Virus record (IMG/VR): IMGVR_UViG_3300030372_005227
Location: 1 to 32,494 of that record
Source of the DNA: a virus
Lineage: Duplodnaviria > Caudoviricetes
DNA length: 32,494 nt
Direction: 5' to 3' (one strand)
Positions 19,889-27,513 of the stretch are shown here, one piece after another (within the stretch, counting starts at the first letter, position 1; every line of letters begins with the position of its first letter). The translations under genes and the position numbers were made by a program. A model generated the notes under the pieces. The model had not been told where the DNA came from, did not search any database, and saw only the letters and a program-made list of their open reading frames with translations.

Positions 19889-19909
19889 TAAAATCGTTCG
19901 TTATTTTAA

Positions 19910-19938
19910 AACATAAAACATATTGACAAGTTTATCAA
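19910..19938 (-). promoter_or_regulatory. Putative sigma70-type promoter for the portal/structural operon
   Basis: TTGATA (19938-19933), N17, TATGTT (19915-19910). Confidence 0.5.
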
Positions 19939-19951
19939 GACTTTATAAATT
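19923..19951 (+). promoter_or_regulatory. Putative sigma70-type promoter facing the structured element
   Basis: TTGACA (19923-19928), N17, TAAATT (19946-19951). The predicted start site is about 19958. Confidence 0.55.
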
Positions 19952-19957
19952 GCTCTC

Positions 19958-20058
19958 GACATCGAAGAGGGTACACATTCTTTTTTTATTATGTACGTCA
20001 CCGACGTTAAAAAAGAGAGTAGATATTTTCAGTCGATTCAACTTTCCTCTTCGATGTC
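19958..20058 (+). ncRNA. Candidate ~100-nt structured small RNA
   Basis: Perfect 13-bp terminal inverted repeat GACATCGAAGAGG / CCTCTTCGATGTC, inner pairing TCTTTTTT / AAAAAAGA, and an apical ACGTC-acc-GACGT hairpin. It begins at the predicted transcription start. Confidence 0.45.
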
Positions 20059-20060
20059 AT

Positions 20061-21170
20061 TTATCCAAATAAAGAGAGTTGAGAGTCCACAGGCTTCTCC
20101 TCATTGTCTTCATAACTAAGATCAATCGAGGTCCAATATTCAATCCTAGCTTTTGCGATCTCAAAGTATTCTTCCTCCCTCTCAATCCCGATGAAGTCGA
20201 AGCCTTCCTTGATTGCTCCGATTCCTGTTGAGCCGCTCCCCATGAATGGATCTAAGACTGTGCCTTTTGGAGGAGTGATTAATCTGCATAAGTATGTCAT
20301 TAAGTCGATAGGCTTTACAGTGGGATGGATGTTCGATCTTTTAGTTTCTTTTCTTTGATATGGATTGTCTGTATACGTTTCTCTACCATCTGAAATACTA
20401 CCCTTGTTAAATCCATCCAATCCCCTCTCCCTCTCCTCTTTTGAGGTTTTTGCACAATAGAAATATCTTGTCCATTCCTCTTTAATTGATTCGTTGAGGA
20501 GGACGTTTGAGGGCCATCTTCCATCTATATGTTGATTCCAATCCCCCCCTCCCATCCCCCTCCCATAAATATTATTTTTATAATTTGGAATAACTTGCTT
20601 AAACTCAGACTCTCCAACCCCCCCCCCATCAATCCTCCCCCCATCAACATTAATCCCCCCTACTCCATACTCAAGGACGTTTTGAGCGACTGATCCTCTA
20701 AAGGGCTTCCTTACTAAAAGAGCAGGCTCATAAGCAGGTTTGAGAGCTGTTCCCCATCCTTCCCATTCTTTCAACTGCTTCCCAATATTTAAAGACTTAG
20801 GAAAGCCGCTCCCATAAATCCATTGAATACAATCTCTCATTTCAAATCCTGCAAGTCTCAAACTCAATCCCATCAAGTCTTGTGTCCTTGATCCTGCGAA
20901 GATCAAAGCATGACCTCCAGGCTTCAAGACTCTGTATACTTCATCCCAAAGAGATGGAGGAGGGACGAAAGAATCCCAACTCTTTCCCATGAACCCTTTA
21001 GAGGAAGGCATAAAGGATCGATCATCTGTACACCACTTCAACATGCACTCATTAAAAACTTGAGTTGAGATCTGACTTAATCCATATGGAGGATCGCTCA
21101 CAACTGAGTCTATTGAGTTGTCTTCGAGATCTTTCAAGACCTCCATTGAGTCTCCATTGATTAGTTTCAA
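20061..21170 (-). CDS. DNA methyltransferase, N6-adenine/N4-cytosine, beta class
   Basis: DPPY near the N-terminus, HPTVKP, and the SAM-binding motif DPFMGSGST near the C-terminus. Confidence 0.92.
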   Translation of the reverse strand: MKLINGDSMEVLKDLEDNSIDSVVSDPPYGLSQISTQVFNECMLKWCTDDRSFMPSSKGFMGKSWDSFVPPPSLWDEVYRVLKPGGHALIFAGSRTQDLMGLSLRLAGFEMRDCIQWIYGSGFPKSLNIGKQLKEWEGWGTALKPAYEPALLVRKPFRGSVAQNVLEYGVGGINVDGGRIDGGGVGESEFKQVIPNYKNNIYGRGMGGGDWNQHIDGRWPSNVLLNESIKEEWTRYFYCAKTSKEERERGLDGFNKGSISDGRETYTDNPYQRKETKRSNIHPTVKPIDLMTYLCRLITPPKGTVLDPFMGSGSTGIGAIKEGFDFIGIEREEEYFEIAKARIEYWTSIDLSYEDNEEKPVDSQLSLFG

Positions 21171-22534
21171 AATGCTTCCTTTCGTCCGATTCGTCTTTGT
21201 CGTTTTTCTGTTCTTCTTCTAGAGGATGGGGAATAAGATGGAGTGGAGAGATCACTCCAATGATGAATAATGCAATCGTATCTAAGAGCGTCTAAAGGAT
21301 CTTCTCTCCCGTCCTTCTTTGGCTCGTCTCGTGTTGGATTCCATCCATAGGAAAGGATCGCTTTTCTAAACGAGTTCCCTATAGACTTCTCTCCTCTTGT
21401 CCACACTTCTCTAGTACAGAGGTATTTCTTTCGAGCAAAAGCCCTCTTTAGTTTTTGGATTCCGTTTAAAACATTCGTCAAGACGGGGTCAGTTGTATAT
21501 CGAAGAGGAAGTCCTATCCCTCCAAGATCAGGAGCCTTCATGATTTCTCGAAAAGCTGTCCGCCCTGTCTGATCATTCCGAGCAGATCCCGCCTTATCCG
21601 CTATTCCACTATCAAGCCATATTCGAGGACCTGGAGAAGAGTCTTTTAACTTGCGAGGCCATGCAATCGAAAGGATCATCTTTGAGAGTTGGGAGATGGT
21701 CACTTCTTGAGGGTTGATCTCATGGATGATCACAGTCGCCTCTCTCTCCTCATCGTATACCATGATTAAGACTGAAGGCTTTCTAAATCCCCAATCGATC
21801 GCAATGCGTCCAGTCATCTCCTCCTTGTATTTGAATCCGTCGATTACGTGGCTCTCTGTCCATTCATTATAGATCAAGCCTGTTGGGGGTCGAGGTTGAT
21901 TCATGACCATAGCAAGCCGCTCTTCTTCAGGAAGGAGCTTAGTTGCTTCAAACCACTCGTCACTCAAATTGTTTTGATTTACATAGGAAGTGAAAAGGAG
22001 AGGATCATAGTTTGCTTTCTCTGCAAGTTGACACCACCAGGCATCACTCACAGGAAGACCCACGAGGATCATGATGGGAGATGGACCCGCTCGAAGTCGT
22101 CCTAGGGCTTTCTGTGCTACTTCATCAGATCGAAAAGTCTGACATTCATCGATCAAGGCGACCCCGCTTGTAATGTTCAATCCTTCAAGTGGATTGTGTG
22201 TCGCTTCTCTTGTACCAGGTCGAAAGTAAGACCTGCACCATATTGAGGATTGAGTGATCGGACAAGTCCACTTCATCTCCAAGGAATTAAAAGTCCATCC
22301 AAGAGGCCCTAGCCACTTTTCTAACTCAGGTCCTAAAACAGATCGATAGCGTGGAGAGGTATCTGTGATAAGAAGGGATGATGTACCAGGACGGATCCGA
22401 CTGATAAACCACAGAGCAAAGACAAGGCCGCTCGTCTTTCCGCTTCCCCATCCACATCGAGCAGAGATCACACGATCCCTTCTTCTAATCCTTGCTATGA
22501 TGTTTTGCTGAAGCTCATTGAGTTGTAAATCCAT
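21167..22534 (-). CDS. terL: Terminase large subunit
   Basis: Walker A GWGSGKT, Walker B ALIDE, and nuclease motifs IDWGF and DPLDALRY. Confidence 0.92.
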   Translation of the reverse strand: MDLQLNELQQNIIARIRRRDRVISARCGWGSGKTSGLVFALWFISRIRPGTSSLLITDTSPRYRSVLGPELEKWLGPLGWTFNSLEMKWTCPITQSSIWCRSYFRPGTREATHNPLEGLNITSGVALIDECQTFRSDEVAQKALGRLRAGPSPIMILVGLPVSDAWWCQLAEKANYDPLLFTSYVNQNNLSDEWFEATKLLPEEERLAMVMNQPRPPTGLIYNEWTESHVIDGFKYKEEMTGRIAIDWGFRKPSVLIMVYDEEREATVIIHEINPQEVTISQLSKMILSIAWPRKLKDSSPGPRIWLDSGIADKAGSARNDQTGRTAFREIMKAPDLGGIGLPLRYTTDPVLTNVLNGIQKLKRAFARKKYLCTREVWTRGEKSIGNSFRKAILSYGWNPTRDEPKKDGREDPLDALRYDCIIHHWSDLSTPSYSPSSRRRTEKRQRRIGRKEAF

Positions 22535-22541
22535 GAGAGCC

Positions 22542-23459
22542 TCAATATGTATCAGTGAAGTCTATGCCTGTTTTATTGAGTAAGTTTCTAGCATTGACTT
22601 TCATTTTGTTTTGAAACAAATCTTTGATGATCTTCTCAAAGTTGACTCGATACTTCTTTCCTGTTTTTTGAATCCATGACTTTTCGATAAAAGGCTTTAA
22701 GTGTTGGGGGCCGTTGTTTGTATTGAGTGCTTTGCTTAAGCTTGTAAAGTAAGCATCAACCCCGATCTTGAGTTGATAGTTTAAAAGCTTCATAATGTAG
22801 ATCTGTTGAGTGTTTGTATAGTTCCCCTCAGACATCTTAGAAAAGATCTCCATGATTAAATCGTTATATCTCTTTTGATTAATCAAATATAAATATGTTT
22901 GCACCGCGTTCTCTCCCTCTAATAAATCAAAGTATTCATCTAAGTTGACGCACTGATAAAGATCTTTATTGAAGTCATGGAAAGAATCATAAAAGCGTAT
23001 CGCCTGCCTAAATCTAAACTCGTCAAACTCATTCCACTGTTTATGGAAGTAGACGACTGCGATGAGTCCATACTGATCATAATTACACACACCCTGAGCC
23101 CGTTGATTTTCAAGGGTAGTCGTAAACCCTACAACTAAGATCCTCTTGGAGTTAGAGCGATCTTTATGGAGATTGTGTTGAAGGAATGATCTAACATGCT
23201 TCTCTTGGAGAGTCTCAATCAGTGCCTTCTTTGGCTCTTTCCCAATTGTACTTCTCAACTTCACTTCGATCTCACAGACCTTTTGATCTTTTACAAATTG
23301 ATTATCCCGTGTATGACCCGCCCATAAGATCCCATCACAATATCCTCTTTCTCCTGTGATCAATCTCATGTCGTCTTCTGTGACATAAAGAGGAGAAGCG
23401 TAAAAAGATCCTAATACTTCCATTTCAAAACGATAGCCTCTTCCTATATGATGATTCAT
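22542..23459 (-). CDS. Putative PD-(D/E)XK nuclease with a C-terminal winged-helix-like region
   Basis: GYRFEMEV, CDGILW and EIEVK fit motifs I-III. The C-terminus FTSLSKAL...HLKPFIEKSWIQKTGKKYRVN looks like a wHTH. Confidence 0.45.
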   Translation of the reverse strand: MNHHIGRGYRFEMEVLGSFYASPLYVTEDDMRLITGERGYCDGILWAGHTRDNQFVKDQKVCEIEVKLRSTIGKEPKKALIETLQEKHVRSFLQHNLHKDRSNSKRILVVGFTTTLENQRAQGVCNYDQYGLIAVVYFHKQWNEFDEFRFRQAIRFYDSFHDFNKDLYQCVNLDEYFDLLEGENAVQTYLYLINQKRYNDLIMEIFSKMSEGNYTNTQQIYIMKLLNYQLKIGVDAYFTSLSKALNTNNGPQHLKPFIEKSWIQKTGKKYRVNFEKIIKDLFQNKMKVNARNLLNKTGIDFTDTY

Positions 23460-23541
23460 TTTGACATCCTATTTCTTTTTAGTGTTTAAGAGAGTTGTCT
23501 TTTTTTCCCTTGGATATATCATGTTAAATTATGAGTTCTTT

Positions 23542-24027
23542 CTAGTCTCGATCTATGTCTTTTTTGTCTGCGTCTTGGCTCTTATCTATTCCGAGTAAAT
23601 GATCTGTCTGTTTCATCATCAACTTGATTTCTTCGAGTCCTTCCGACTTCGAGACATTCATGTCTATTTGTTCTCTCTTGCTCCATCGATCGGGGAAGCG
23701 TCTTTCGAGGATCCAAGCCTTAGCCCTCCAGTCTTCATTTACTGAAATCTCAGAGATCAATCTTGCTTCACTCACTCCTATAGCTTGATCAATCATTTCT
23801 GAAAACTCCTCTTTGTCTCTTCTCCATCGATGAAAAGTAGATTCTGAGATTCCCAAGGATTGAGCCGCTTGTCTCATTGGGATCCCTTTGGAGACATAAT
23901 CGCAGATCTGATTTGCGAGGATAGCTGTATACTTTGTGTTCTTTACGCGTTTCTTACTTTCATCCTTGCTATTCAAATTATCAAGAAATACCTCTCTTGC
24001 TGCTAACCCTTCAAGGTCTTGTGTCAT
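23542..24027 (-). CDS. terS: Terminase small subunit
   Basis: HTH (MRQAAQSLGISESTFHRW) plus DWRAKAWILERRFP, upstream of TerL. Confidence 0.8.
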   Translation of the reverse strand: MTQDLEGLAAREVFLDNLNSKDESKKRVKNTKYTAILANQICDYVSKGIPMRQAAQSLGISESTFHRWRRDKEEFSEMIDQAIGVSEARLISEISVNEDWRAKAWILERRFPDRWSKREQIDMNVSKSEGLEEIKLMMKQTDHLLGIDKSQDADKKDIDRD

Positions 24028-24203
24028 ATCCCCTCCAGGTCTGAGAGTGTGATCTCTTCAATCTTTTTATTTAAGTGCTGCTCGACTTCCTCATACACTT
24101 CAGGAAGATCTCTTAAGACTTCAACTCCAATTCTTAACCATAGATCAATGGCCTCGATCTTAAGCTGTTTCTCAGAGACTTTTCCTTTTTTAGTTTTTGT
24201 CAT
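24024..24203 (-). CDS. Hypothetical 59-aa protein (not in the ORF track)
   Basis: MTKTKKGKVSEKQLKIEAIDLWLRIG...SDLEGI fills the ssb-terS gap and has an ATGA overlap with terS. Confidence 0.65.
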   Translation of the reverse strand: MTKTKKGKVSEKQLKIEAIDLWLRIGVEVLRDLPEVYEEVEQHLNKKIEEITLSDLEGI

Positions 24204-24510
24204 GAGGAGACTCCTTCCGATTATTCAAGACGATAATCTTATTTACAAAGAGCGTCCATCTTGTCTTTCCTTCATACTCCTCAGATCTAAAGGGTCCTTC
24301 GATAAAGACTTGTGATCCTTTTTGACACGTCTTAAGAATGTAGTCTGCTTTAGCTGCGAATGAGACACAATTAAACCAAGTTGTCTTCTTCTCTCCTTTG
24401 ATCGCCTCACTTACTCCAACGGAAAAGCGAACGATCGATTTATCAAAAGTTCCGACCTTTTCTGGATCTCTTCCAAGATTGCCTAGAATGTTTAAATTAT
24501 TTACTCCCAT
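24190..24510 (-). CDS. ssb: Single-stranded DNA-binding protein (OB fold only)
   Basis: Motifs NILGNLGRDPE, TTWFNCVSF and KGSQVFIEG. Confidence 0.9.
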   Translation of the reverse strand: MGVNNLNILGNLGRDPEKVGTFDKSIVRFSVGVSEAIKGEKKTTWFNCVSFAAKADYILKTCQKGSQVFIEGPFRSEEYEGKTRWTLFVNKIIVLNNRKESPHDKN

Positions 24511-24649
24511 GATTCTTCCTTTCTTTAATGCCTCTCTCTAGCATCTCTCTCATGATTCTAGATCGAGGACGATTCTCTTTTTTTGCGATTTGATTCAAGT
24601 CCTCAAACATCTTTGCAGGGACTCTTAAAGCTATATCTTTACTTGACAT
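24497..24649 (-). CDS. Ribbon-helix-helix (CopG/Arc-like) regulator, 50 aa (not in the ORF track)
   Basis: MSSKDIALRVPAKMFEDLNQIAKKENRPRSRIMREMLERGIKERKNHGSK, with RBS AAGGAG. Confidence 0.75.
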   Translation of the reverse strand: MSSKDIALRVPAKMFEDLNQIAKKENRPRSRIMREMLERGIKERKNHGSK

Positions 24650-24689
24650 CTTCTCTCCTTTGTATTGGAATCATATGACATCATATAAG

Positions 24690-24737
24690 ATAATACGCAT
24701 AAAAGATTCTTGAGTCAAGAGGGGGATATAATATAAT
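24690..24737. promoter_or_regulatory. Overlapping divergent promoters centred on the palindrome TCTTGAgTCAAGA
   Basis: Minus strand: TTGACT (24718-24713), N17, TATTAT (24695-24690). Plus strand: TTGAGT (24710-24715), N16, TATAAT (24732-24737). Confidence 0.6.
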
Positions 24738-24769
24738 GAAAAGGAATACTTTACAAAAAGGGGATCATC

Positions 24770-25036
24770 ATGAGTATTGACTTTACTTCCATTTGGCACA
24801 TCATAGGACTACTTGGAGCAATTGGATCTTTTATCTTTTATGGGGCTCGATCGTTTGGAAAGACTGTTGAACAGATTGAAAGACTTTCGAAGGCGATTGA
24901 TACTCTTCAGCAAAACCTTGAGATTCAACATAAATCATGTAGAGAAGGGCGAGTAGAGCTATGGACGGAAGTCAACAAAATGAGAGAGCGATTAACCGCG
25001 GTCGAGACGATTCAAAAGCACACAGAGAAGAAATAG
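24770..25036 (+). CDS. Small membrane protein (one TM helix plus coiled coil)
   Basis: IWHIIGLLGAIGSFIFYGA followed by a heptad-rich tail. Confidence 0.65.
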   Translation: MSIDFTSIWHIIGLLGAIGSFIFYGARSFGKTVEQIERLSKAIDTLQQNLEIQHKSCREGRVELWTEVNKMRERLTAVETIQKHTEKK

Positions 25037-25680
25037 GCTTTGTAAAGCTTGTCAATCAAACGGGAGGAGCTGTTGAGATTGTTAATGCAGCTCGTGTCTC
25101 TTTTGGAAAGAGAATAGATAAGATCGAGGAGAAGGATCTTAAGTTGATTCGTTATCTTTGGAAGAATAAACACACTTCTCCCTTTCGTCATATCCATTTT
25201 ACTTTTCATATTAAAGCTCCCATCTTCGTCCTCCGTCAATGGATGAAACATCAGATAGGCTGCTCTTGGAATGAGATCTCTGGAAGATATGTTCAATTTG
25301 ACTATGAGTTCTTTTGCCCTGAAGAATGGAGGACTCGACCTCTTGATTCAATAAAGCAGGGAAGCGGTGACGCATTTTATAATGATGAATGTGAAATCAT
25401 CTCTCGAAGATATATGAGAGTCGTTGATCAATGTCATAACCTTTATCAAGAATTGATTGATTTGGGAGTGTGCAAAGAACAGGCTCGAATGATTCTTCCC
25501 TTGTCTCTATACTCGGAATGTTATTGGACTGTCTCATTTCAGGCCCTTCTCCATTTCTTAGATCTTAGACTCGATTCACATTCACAAGTTGAGATCCAGG
25601 ACTATGCTAAGAAAGTACAATCTATTCTTTTTAAGCTCGACGGGATTAAAGAGATTATGGAGGAGATCAATGAAATATGA
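24961..25680 (+). CDS. thyX: FAD-dependent thymidylate synthase
   Basis: Motifs NAARVS, HTSPF, APIFVLRQWMKHQ...NEISGRY, EQARMILP and LRLDSHSQVEI. The start codon is uncertain. Confidence 0.93.
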   Translation: MDGSQQNERAINRGRDDSKAHREEIGFVKLVNQTGGAVEIVNAARVSFGKRIDKIEEKDLKLIRYLWKNKHTSPFRHIHFTFHIKAPIFVLRQWMKHQIGCSWNEISGRYVQFDYEFFCPEEWRTRPLDSIKQGSGDAFYNDECEIISRRYMRVVDQCHNLYQELIDLGVCKEQARMILPLSLYSECYWTVSFQALLHFLDLRLDSHSQVEIQDYAKKVQSILFKLDGIKEIMEEINEI

Positions 25681-26131
25681 ATATGCTTTGCACTGGTATT
25701 ATCACGCTCTCCTTTTATCAGATCGATCTCCATGCACTAGAGGAAATGTAGGGGCCGTGATCATAGATTCTTTCAATAATCCGATCTCGATGGGATTTAA
25801 TGGACCTCCAAGGGGAGCAACAGGAACGCTCTGCAAGAATGATCAATGTGAGAGAAATGATCTAAATATTAAAAGTGGGACTCATGTTGAGATAGGCTGT
25901 CATCATGCAGAGGCTAATGCTTTAATGAATGCATTGAGAAAAGGAATCTCTGTTGATCGCTGCTCTCTCGTGATAACGACCGCCCCGTGTTTAGTGTGTG
26001 CAAGATTAATTCATCATGCAGGGATTCAACATGTATTCTTTCCTGCGTCCTCTAAATATGATCGAAGGGGACAAGAGTATTTAGAAGAGAATAAGATCAA
26101 AGTTGATTTCATTGACTTGAATTATATTTGA
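25670..26131 (+). CDS. dCMP deaminase
   Basis: Motifs RSPC, VGAVI, GFNG, HAEAN and PCLVC. Start reassigned to ATG 25670 after GGAGGAG. Confidence 0.92.
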   Translation: MKYEYALHWYYHALLLSDRSPCTRGNVGAVIIDSFNNPISMGFNGPPRGATGTLCKNDQCERNDLNIKSGTHVEIGCHHAEANALMNALRKGISVDRCSLVITTAPCLVCARLIHHAGIQHVFFPASSKYDRRGQEYLEENKIKVDFIDLNYI

Positions 26132-26188
26132 TGATAGATTCTACATTGATCTCTTTCTCCTGGTTGGGGGGTGATCAGTCCTTTCGAG

Positions 26189-26232
26189 CAAAAGCCTTCA
26201 ACGATCTTCTCTCCGTTGAGGGCTTTTGTTTT
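26189..26232. terminator. Probable bidirectional intrinsic terminator between convergent operons
   Basis: 15-bp stem caaaagccttcaacg / cgttgagggcttttg with one G-U pair, followed by tttt. Confidence 0.65.
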
Positions 26233-26507
26233 CATGGAATAAGTTTTTTTAATTCTCTTTTGATCTCGCTCGAATTAAAGCCCATTGATTTAAGTTGTCT
26301 TATAAATACTTCTCGAATCTCGTCTTTACTTTCATCAGGGATCCTAAGAGTTTTATAATAAACTTGTCCTTTCCCTCTTGCCCATCTCATCAGAGTAGGA
26401 ATAGAAGGGGCACTTCCATCTTGAAAGAGAGCCTCTTGAACTTGTTTCCAAGTGTACTTTAAGTCTCTTAGTCTTTTGATCTCTTCTACTAAGTCAGGTC
26501 TACTCAT
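26232..26507 (-). CDS. Small HTH-like DNA-binding protein
   Basis: YTWKQVQEAL...PSIPTLMRW. Confidence 0.5.
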   Translation of the reverse strand: MSRPDLVEEIKRLRDLKYTWKQVQEALFQDGSAPSIPTLMRWARGKGQVYYKTLRIPDESKDEIREVFIRQLKSMGFNSSEIKRELKKLIP

Positions 26508-27496
26508 TTAAAGAATCCTTCCACATCTCCTCGTCTATCATTTCCCTTCATCTCGAAAAGGAAGTCTTTGCACATTTCAACAATCCTCGATTGGCTTCGA
26601 ATGTCTAAAAACTTTTGCTTCATTTGTCGAGGAGAAAGATTAGAAGCAAAGAGAACTTGGACATTAGATTCATAGAGAGCATGTATAAGTTCATTAGTCG
26701 TTTGAATCCCCCACTCATTCATTCTGAAGAATCCCAATTCATCGAAGAAGACCACGTCAACATGATCGAGCCATGTATAGCGAGGATCTTTTACATCTGT
26801 TTTATCATCAAAGGATTGCTTGATTCTTTCTAAGAGAGACTGATGAGAAACATATCTGACTCTCTTCCCTCTCCATATCATCTCACGAGCAAGAGCAGCT
26901 AAGAGATGAGTCTTCCCGTTCCCCGTATGCCCATAGATCAAGCCTCCTCTAATTTGTCTATTTGCGAAAGATTGAGCAAGAGATTCAAGGCCCTCCTCAA
27001 ACTCATAGTTGCCAAGATGCTTATTGATTGCCGTTGCTGTGAGGCCGCTTTGTTTGAATCGAATGAGGAATTGATTTGTGCGTCCACAGTATGGACAAGG
27101 CTCGCTATAAACATATCTGTGTTGAATTGGGATCCATAGTCCATCATCCTCGACTTTTAAGCCTAAAGGACGTTTAGAGAGATCCTCCACAACTTTCCCC
27201 TCTTCATCCTGGATCATCACGGGATCATATCGTTTTAGATCATCGATGAACTCAACACGCTCTCTCACATGTATTTGAGAATGAGATGCTGAGCATCCTG
27301 AATATCCACATGCAGGAAGGAAGTTAATCTTCAGCTTAGGAGTCCCCATGATCACCTCCTTAGTTAAAAGATTAAGATCCTCAAGCTCGAAGGAGTGGAC
27401 AAGATCTGGACGTTTTATATCTGTCTTGATTCCGCCTCCACTTTTCTTTTTTACTGCTTTGATTAATAGATTTAATGATTCATTTAAGCTTTGCAT
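26504..27496 (-). CDS. DnaC/IstB-like AAA+ helicase loader
   Basis: Walker A GHTGNGKT, Walker B VFFDELG, ASNL and SRIVEMC. It follows the initiator gene. Confidence 0.88.
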   Translation of the reverse strand: MQSLNESLNLLIKAVKKKSGGGIKTDIKRPDLVHSFELEDLNLLTKEVIMGTPKLKINFLPACGYSGCSASHSQIHVRERVEFIDDLKRYDPVMIQDEEGKVVEDLSKRPLGLKVEDDGLWIPIQHRYVYSEPCPYCGRTNQFLIRFKQSGLTATAINKHLGNYEFEEGLESLAQSFANRQIRGGLIYGHTGNGKTHLLAALAREMIWRGKRVRYVSHQSLLERIKQSFDDKTDVKDPRYTWLDHVDVVFFDELGFFRMNEWGIQTTNELIHALYESNVQVLFASNLSPRQMKQKFLDIRSQSRIVEMCKDFLFEMKGNDRRGDVEGFFK

Positions 27497-27513
27497 CTTC
27501 TCTCCTTGCTTGC

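Noticed and set aside
19958-20058. Structured element considered as a retron msr-msd, tRNA or simple terminator
   Set aside because: There is no RT gene nearby, no cloverleaf or T-loop, and the loop is far too large with no clean U-tract. It is kept only as an unclassified RNA candidate.
5604-22105. Many short alternative-frame or antisense ORFs in the track (e.g. 5604..5930, 6689..7006, 9155..9457, 15153..15488, 16646..16957, 21848..22105)
   Set aside because: They lie wholly within well-supported genes and lack recognisable motifs, so they are treated as shadow ORFs.
23461-23490. TTGACA upstream of the nuclease gene on the plus strand
   Set aside because: There is no acceptable -10 box at 16-18 bp spacing.
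26122-26235. 37-codon minus-strand ORF (MKTKALNGEK...) coupled to the 26232 stop
   Set aside because: It runs through the terminator hairpin and has no recognisable features, so it cannot be supported.
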